Below are positions 59,040 to 64,000 of a stretch of 64,000 nucleotides of DNA, piece after piece. The notes under the pieces were generated by a model, which saw only the letters and a list, made by a program, of their open reading frames with translations, ran no database searches and was not told where the DNA came from. The translations under genes and the position numbers were made by a program. Numbering within the stretch: position 1 is the stretch's first letter; every line of letters begins with the position of its first letter. Source of the stretch: Candidatus Latescibacterota bacterium (GTDB taxonomy: Bacteria; Latescibacterota; UBA2968; GCA-2709665); assembly GCA_965219995.1 (NCBI GenBank), contig CBDCOX010000002.1, positions 3,616,001 through 3,680,000 on the forward strand, read 5' to 3'.

Positions 59040-59405
59040 TCAATCCCAATCCAGACCGCCCTTCCGCCAGACATACGCCAGTCCCAGCGCAAGAACGCCG
59101 AGGAATACCACCATTTCCGTAAAAATAAAGTTCCCCTGGGCCAGCAAATCCTTAAAGACAACGGCCCAGGGGTACAAAAACACGACTTCGATATCGAAGA
59201 CGATGAACAGCATCGCCACAACGTAAAACTTGACCGAAAACCGCAGTCTGGCATCGCCTACGGGAGGCACACCCGATTCATATGGCGACAATTTGACCGG
59301 ATTGGGTCGGCGGGGCCCGAACAGATGCGTTATTAACAGACTGACGGCTGCAAACCCGACGGCCACCGCCATCAGAATAACAATCGGAAGATAATCGACC
59401 AGCAT
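59040..59405 (-). CDS. nuoA: NADH-quinone oxidoreductase subunit A
   Basis: KLSPYESG, FYVVAMLFIVFDIEVVFLYPWA, WRKGGLDW; GGAGG RBS. Confidence 0.97.
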   Translation of the reverse strand: MLVDYLPIVILMAVAVGFAAVSLLITHLFGPRRPNPVKLSPYESGVPPVGDARLRFSVKFYVVAMLFIVFDIEVVFLYPWAVVFKDLLAQGNFIFTEMVVFLGVLALGLAYVWRKGGLDWD

Positions 59406-59485
59406 CGTGCGCCTGGACCTCCCACATGCTCAAAAAAACGGTTCCGGAATGGCATTCATTCCGAGGACCGCTTTTCGGCGGTGAT

Positions 59486-59514
59486 AGTATATCACAAGGA
59501 TTGGCAATTGTCAA
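59486..59514 (-). promoter_or_regulatory. Near-consensus sigma70 promoter of the nuo operon
   Basis: TTGACA (59509-59514)-17 bp-TATACT (59486-59491) on the minus strand. Confidence 0.8.
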
Positions 59515-59640
59515 GGCATTACCGAAGAATCAACAGGCCCCGGCCGGGGCGTGATTTCAGGGCTGAATCCGGCCCCGGTTTCATTCGCGCCAGGCGCGAA
59601 TTCGTTCCCCCGATCCAGGGCTCGAACGGGCGATTATCCG

Positions 59641-59669
59641 TTGACACCAACGGCCGCGACGCTCATATT
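59641..59669 (+). promoter_or_regulatory. Divergent sigma70-type promoter
   Basis: TTGACA-17 bp-CATATT. Confidence 0.55.
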
Positions 59670-59841
59670 GTACATAAAGGCGCGGCCGGGTCGGGAACCC
59701 CGTTTCGCGTCAGACGAATGGCGACCACGGACGGTATTTGCAATCGATGCGCAGGGGTCCGGGGATCTGCGACCGGTTCGGCATAGCCGAGAGCCAACGG
59801 TACCCCGGTACAGACCGCGCCGATTCGACCAGAGAACCACC

Positions 59842-60420
59842 ATGTTTCGCAGGATTCTTTCTTCCATGTGCGCCAAATCACCTCCTCCGCCACCGCCGCA
59901 ACTGGAGATGATAAGAGATACGCTGCAGGACCTTCCGGAAATCCGGATCCCGGAAGGGTATGGGCTGCGAACGTACCGTTCGGGCGACGAAGCCGGATGG
60001 TGCGCGATCATGGAAGGAAACGTGGGGCGGGACTGGACGCCTGAAACCTGCCGTGAAAAACTCATTAACGACCCCCGCTTCCATCCGCAAAGTCTCTTTT
60101 TTGCAACCATCGATTCGCGGCTCGTCGGCTCCGCCTGCGCGTGGAGCCGGGATCTGACCGAACGCATCGTGGGGGAAGTGCATATGGTTGCCGTGCTGGA
60201 AGACCAGCGCGGGAAAGGCCTGGGCCACCTGGTCAACGCCGCCGTGCTTCATCGACTCAGAGTGCTGGGCTATCGCCAGGCCCACCTGCTCACCGACGAT
60301 TGGCGTGTCCCGGCCATCAAGAGCTATCTCACGGCAGGATTCCGGCCGCTGCACACCCACGACAGTCACGCGAAACGGTGGTCGGAGATCCTCGCCCGGC
60401 TCGGTACGCGGGGCGCTTGA
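59842..60420 (+). CDS. GNAT N-acetyltransferase
   Basis: GYGLRTY, VGSACAW, VHMVAV..QRGKGLG, LTDDWR.PAIKSYL..GF; start 59842 or 59866. Confidence 0.87.
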   Translation: MFRRILSSMCAKSPPPPPPQLEMIRDTLQDLPEIRIPEGYGLRTYRSGDEAGWCAIMEGNVGRDWTPETCREKLINDPRFHPQSLFFATIDSRLVGSACAWSRDLTERIVGEVHMVAVLEDQRGKGLGHLVNAAVLHRLRVLGYRQAHLLTDDWRVPAIKSYLTAGFRPLHTHDSHAKRWSEILARLGTRGA

Positions 60421-60527
60421 GAGTACAGCAACGCCGGGGCCCGCGGCGATCGGGAGCGCGGAAGCCCGGACACCCGGCTATCCGGATGCCGTGGGTACCG
60501 GCACGTAGCGAGCGACAGGAGTCAAAT

Positions 60528-61595
60528 ATGAAGGCCGCCATTCTCCACAGACCGCTGGCCCGTGTTTCCGTTGAAGACGTCGATATCGCCTCTCCTCGCG
60601 AAGGTGAAGTGCTTCTGGATATCGTGGGGGCGGGGGTCTGCCACAGCGATTATCATTATGTCGACGGACACGTAGCGCCTCGCGCGCTCCCCTGGGTGAT
60701 GGGGCACGAAGGCGCGGGAATCGTCCGGGAGATCGGCCCCGGCGTGACCGGTGTCAGCGTTGGCGACAGGATTATCCTGTCTCTGGACGCGATGTGCGGC
60801 CATTGCCGGAACTGCAGCCAGGGCAGCCCGGCGCTGTGCGAAACCCATCAGGGAGAGTTGCCGAGCCGCATCTCCAGGAACGGGACAACGTATTACCACG
60901 GCCGGCCCACCTACACGGAGCAGACCGTGGTATCGGCGGACGCGTGTGTGAAGGTTCCGGATCACACGGATCTCCGAAAGGCGTGTCTCATCAGCTGCGC
61001 GGTGATTACGGGTATCGGCGCCGTGGTGAATCGCGCAAAGGTGGAAGCCGGTGCGACAATGGCCGTGTTCGGCTGCGGCGGGGTCGGTCTCAATGTGATT
61101 CAGGGCGGTGTGCTTGCATCGGCCGGCAAGATCATCGCCGTGGACAAAGTGCCGTATAAACTGGAACTGGCCGAGCAGTTCGGCGCCACGCATCTCGTCG
61201 ACGCGGAAAGGGAAGATCCGGTTCGACGGATTCTGGAGATTACCGGGGGCGGCGCGGATTACGCCTTCGAGGTGGTCGGATTCCCGGCGCTGGTTCGGCA
61301 GGCGTTCGCATCGGTCCGAACGAGCGGTACCGCGGTCGTGGTTGGGGTACAGCCAGCCGGCCAGGACATATCCGTAGACGGCGAGGACCTGTTGCGGGAC
61401 CGCGCCGTGATGGGGTCGTGGCACGGCGCCGCCCGCGCCCGCGTGGATTTCCTCTGGATTCTGGATCTGTATCGGCAGGGGAAGATCAAGCTGGACGAGC
61501 TGATTTCCCGCTATCGTCCGCTGGACGAGATCAACGAGGCATTCGAAGACATGGTTCAGGGGAAGGTGGCGCGCACGGTGCTGGTTTTTGACTGA
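60528..61595 (+). CDS. Zn-dependent alcohol dehydrogenase
   Basis: GVCHSD, GHEGAG, CGHCRNC...C, CAVITG, FGCGGVG; AGGAG RBS. Confidence 0.95.
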   Translation: MKAAILHRPLARVSVEDVDIASPREGEVLLDIVGAGVCHSDYHYVDGHVAPRALPWVMGHEGAGIVREIGPGVTGVSVGDRIILSLDAMCGHCRNCSQGSPALCETHQGELPSRISRNGTTYYHGRPTYTEQTVVSADACVKVPDHTDLRKACLISCAVITGIGAVVNRAKVEAGATMAVFGCGGVGLNVIQGGVLASAGKIIAVDKVPYKLELAEQFGATHLVDAEREDPVRRILEITGGGADYAFEVVGFPALVRQAFASVRTSGTAVVVGVQPAGQDISVDGEDLLRDRAVMGSWHGAARARVDFLWILDLYRQGKIKLDELISRYRPLDEINEAFEDMVQGKVARTVLVFD

Positions 61596-61692
61596 GGGGC
61601 TTTGCAGGCGTTTATTATGGGCCGACGTCGACGATAGGAACCGTCAGAAAGAGATTTGACTTTCTTTGCATGCCGGACAGAGGAGAAATATC

Positions 61693-62538
61693 GTGTCGAC
61701 CTTAAGTGAGACAAGTCTTCCGACCGTTCCGTTCGGAGCCTATCGGATCAGCCGGCTCATTATGGGCGACAATCCGATCTACGGATATTCACATTTCAAT
61801 CAGTTGCTGTCGGGCCATCAGAAAGAAGCCAATACCTCCGATCAGGTTATCGCGACCCTGCGGCGCGCGGAAGAAGTGGGGATCAACGCCTGGCAAAACT
61901 CCCTGACCGTACGTTCGGCCGCCGATCTTCAGCGATACCGCGACGAGGGAGGTACGATTCATTACTTCTGCCTCAGCCCGGGCGGATTGTGGTACGACGA
62001 CCCCTCCCAGGTCGACGTCGCCGCCGGACACCGTCCGATCGGGATGGCGCCCCACGGAAGCGGTGTTGCCGGACGGTGTCTTCAGGAGAACCGTCTCGAC
62101 CATCTCCGCGACATTCTCAAGCGGATTCGTGACACCGGCGTCATGGTCGGGTTGTCGATCCACAATCCCCGTATAATCGAAATCGCGGAAGAAGAAGATT
62201 GGGATATCGACTATTACATGACCGCGCTCTATTATCTGCAGGGCGCCCAGGAGGAATTCGAACAAAAATTCGGCTATGCGCCCCTCGGCGAAATCTACCT
62301 CCGCGAACACCGCGACCGCATGTGTGGCATCATTCGCAATACCGCCAAACCATGCATTGTCTTCAAAGTCCTGGCGGCCGGACGCGCCATTGGCTCCAGG
62401 AACCGGATTCGCGAAGAATTCGCCTTTACCTTGAGCAATATCAAACCCATCGATATTCTTCTGGTGGGGATGTACCAGAAATTCGGCGATCAGCTTGGCG
62501 AGAATGCGGCGATGGTCGCCGAGTTGTGTCAGGGATAG
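61693..62538 (+). CDS. Hypothetical aldo/keto-reductase-like TIM-barrel protein
   Basis: ISRLIMGDNP, GLSIHNP, KPCIVFKVLAAGR; AGGAG RBS. Confidence 0.65.
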   Translation: MSTLSETSLPTVPFGAYRISRLIMGDNPIYGYSHFNQLLSGHQKEANTSDQVIATLRRAEEVGINAWQNSLTVRSAADLQRYRDEGGTIHYFCLSPGGLWYDDPSQVDVAAGHRPIGMAPHGSGVAGRCLQENRLDHLRDILKRIRDTGVMVGLSIHNPRIIEIAEEEDWDIDYYMTALYYLQGAQEEFEQKFGYAPLGEIYLREHRDRMCGIIRNTAKPCIVFKVLAAGRAIGSRNRIREEFAFTLSNIKPIDILLVGMYQKFGDQLGENAAMVAELCQG

Positions 62539-62645
62539 TTCGTCCGTTGGCGGCGGGGACTTAACGTCCGCAATGCGATCAAGTCCCAACCTGGTAACAA
62601 TGAGAATCTCGTGCGCCGATTCAGTCGAGATTGCGACGGTGGAAA

Positions 62646-63380
62646 GTGAAGAATAGGCTGAAAAATTACACCATTGAGGTACGAGGAACCGCAGTGGACG
62701 TCGTGCACAAGGACGTCAAGAACCTGTACATAAGGGTCTACCCGCCGAACGGTCGTGTAAGGGTATCCGCGCCGCGTCGTTTCGATAAAGACGAAGTGCG
62801 AGTGGCCGTCACTTCCCGTCTTGAATGGATTCGTCTGCAGGAGGCGAAATTTCAGCGGCAATACCGCCAGTCCGAGCGGGAATTCATAACGGGCGAGAGC
62901 CATTTTTTCGTGGGCCGACGCTACCGGCTCGAGGTGACGGAATGGGACACCCCGCCTGAGGTCCGCCTCCTTAACAATACGACCATAGCGATGCGCGTTC
63001 GGCCGGGCGCAGACAGGCATAATAGGGAGGCCGTGCTGGATCGATGGTACCGCCAGCATCTCCGTGGTCGTCTACCGGGCCTCATCGCGAAGTGGGAGCC
63101 CGAAATGGGGGTGCGGGTCAACGAAGCGCGGATCAGAAAGATGAAGACCCGTTGGGGGACTTGCAATCCCCATGCCCGACGAATCTGGCTGAGTCTCGAG
63201 CTGGCAAAGAAACCGGCATCCTGCCTTGAGTACGTCGTTGTGCATGAGATGGTCCACCTGATCGAGCGCCGTCACAACGATCGTTTTTGGAAACTGATGG
63301 ACAGGTTCATGCCAACCTGGCGCTATCATCGCGATGAACTCAACCGTGCGCCTCTGACGCATTCAGACTGGCAGTATTGA
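62646..63380 (+). CDS. YgjP/DUF45-like zinc-dependent hydrolase (M48/SprT-like HEXXH)
   Basis: LYIRVYPP.GRVRVSAP, MKTRWGTCN, EYVVVHEMVHL...HN..FW. Confidence 0.92.
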   Translation: MKNRLKNYTIEVRGTAVDVVHKDVKNLYIRVYPPNGRVRVSAPRRFDKDEVRVAVTSRLEWIRLQEAKFQRQYRQSEREFITGESHFFVGRRYRLEVTEWDTPPEVRLLNNTTIAMRVRPGADRHNREAVLDRWYRQHLRGRLPGLIAKWEPEMGVRVNEARIRKMKTRWGTCNPHARRIWLSLELAKKPASCLEYVVVHEMVHLIERRHNDRFWKLMDRFMPTWRYHRDELNRAPLTHSDWQY

Positions 63381-63679
63381 TCTGAAGCGATCGGGCTGGT
63401 CGATTCAGTGAGACTTTGATGGTCCGTTTCGACCGGTTTTCCGGTTCGCGGGCTTGTTAATATGTCCGTTTTATTTATAATAACTAATAGAGGTCCGAGA
63501 TCCGCATCCTGCTTCGGTTTAGCCGGGAAAACGGCCAGGATTCCTGTCTCAAGGGAGGGTCCGGATCGGCTTGGAGATTTCAAGGCGGCCGCGCATCCGG
63601 AACGAGTCCACTGACCCTGTCGGGGTCTCATTTGACATTCGCGAGATTGCAATGACGCCACTGGCGGAGGCGGGTCCGG

Positions 63680-64000
63680 ATGGACGTGGATGTCAAATGG
63701 GATCGGAAAGACGGAATCCTGATCGCGGTCCTGGCGGGTCGCATCGACGGAAGCAATGCGCAGGAAGTTCAGCGTCTCATCGAGTCGGGAATCGGCCCTG
63801 AAGACAACGCGTTGCTTCTGGACTTCGAACAGGTATCCTACATCAGCAGCGCGGGGCTTCGCCTTGGCGTCATCATTGCCTGGAAGTTCAAGGACCCCGG
63901 CAAGCAGTTCGGGATCTGCACACTTACGGGTGGGGTACGGAAGGTGATTACCATGAGCGGTTTCGATCAGATCATCGACATTTATGAGTCACAGAACGAG
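63680..64000 (+). CDS. STAS-domain anti-sigma-factor antagonist (runs off the window edge; absent from the ORF track)
   Basis: Manual translation MDVDVKWDRKDGILIAVLAGRIDGSNA...LLLDFEQVSYISSAGLR...VITMSGFDQIIDIY; GGAGG RBS. Confidence 0.9.
   Translation, partial: MDVDVKWDRKDGILIAVLAGRIDGSNAQEVQRLIESGIGPEDNALLLDFEQVSYISSAGLRLGVIIAWKFKDPGKQFGICTLTGGVRKVITMSGFDQIIDIYESQNE

Noticed and set aside
62646-63380. Type I restriction-modification locus implied by the YgjP-like gene
   Set aside because: No hsdR, hsdM or hsdS genes are adjacent in this window.

Overview
GC-rich bacterial chromosomal window, probably from an uncultured lineage (inference from gene content only). The left half (1-31 kb) is accessory. 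It holds a lipoprotein/DUF350/SDR/membrane spermidine-synthase operon, two very large heparinase II/III-like proteins, cutC, folE2, a DUF433/PIN toxin-antitoxin pair, a triple-DUF5069 protein heading a hydrolase/aminotransferase cluster, and a Fic/MNT/HEPN island. The right half (31.4-59.4 kb, minus strand) is one bioenergetic block: nuoA-CD-E-F-G-H-J-K-L-M (no nuoB, no nuoI), a multi-subunit Mrp Na+/H+ antiporter cluster inserted between nuoM and nuoN, then nuoN and the F1Fo ATP synthase operon. The most unusual structure is at 21.36-22.77 kb. A GxxExxY (PD-(D/E)XK-like) nuclease gene lies between two convergent genes, flanked on both sides by inward-pointing arrays of one shared CTCACACAAAGACAC...GAAAACC motif. 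The repeat units carry recoded, in-frame copies of the 3' end (including stop codon) of the neighbouring host gene. Several other short-period and REP-like repeat families occupy intergenic spaces. No rRNA, tRNA, CRISPR array, transposase or reverse transcriptase was recognised. All family assignments are by eye, without database searches.
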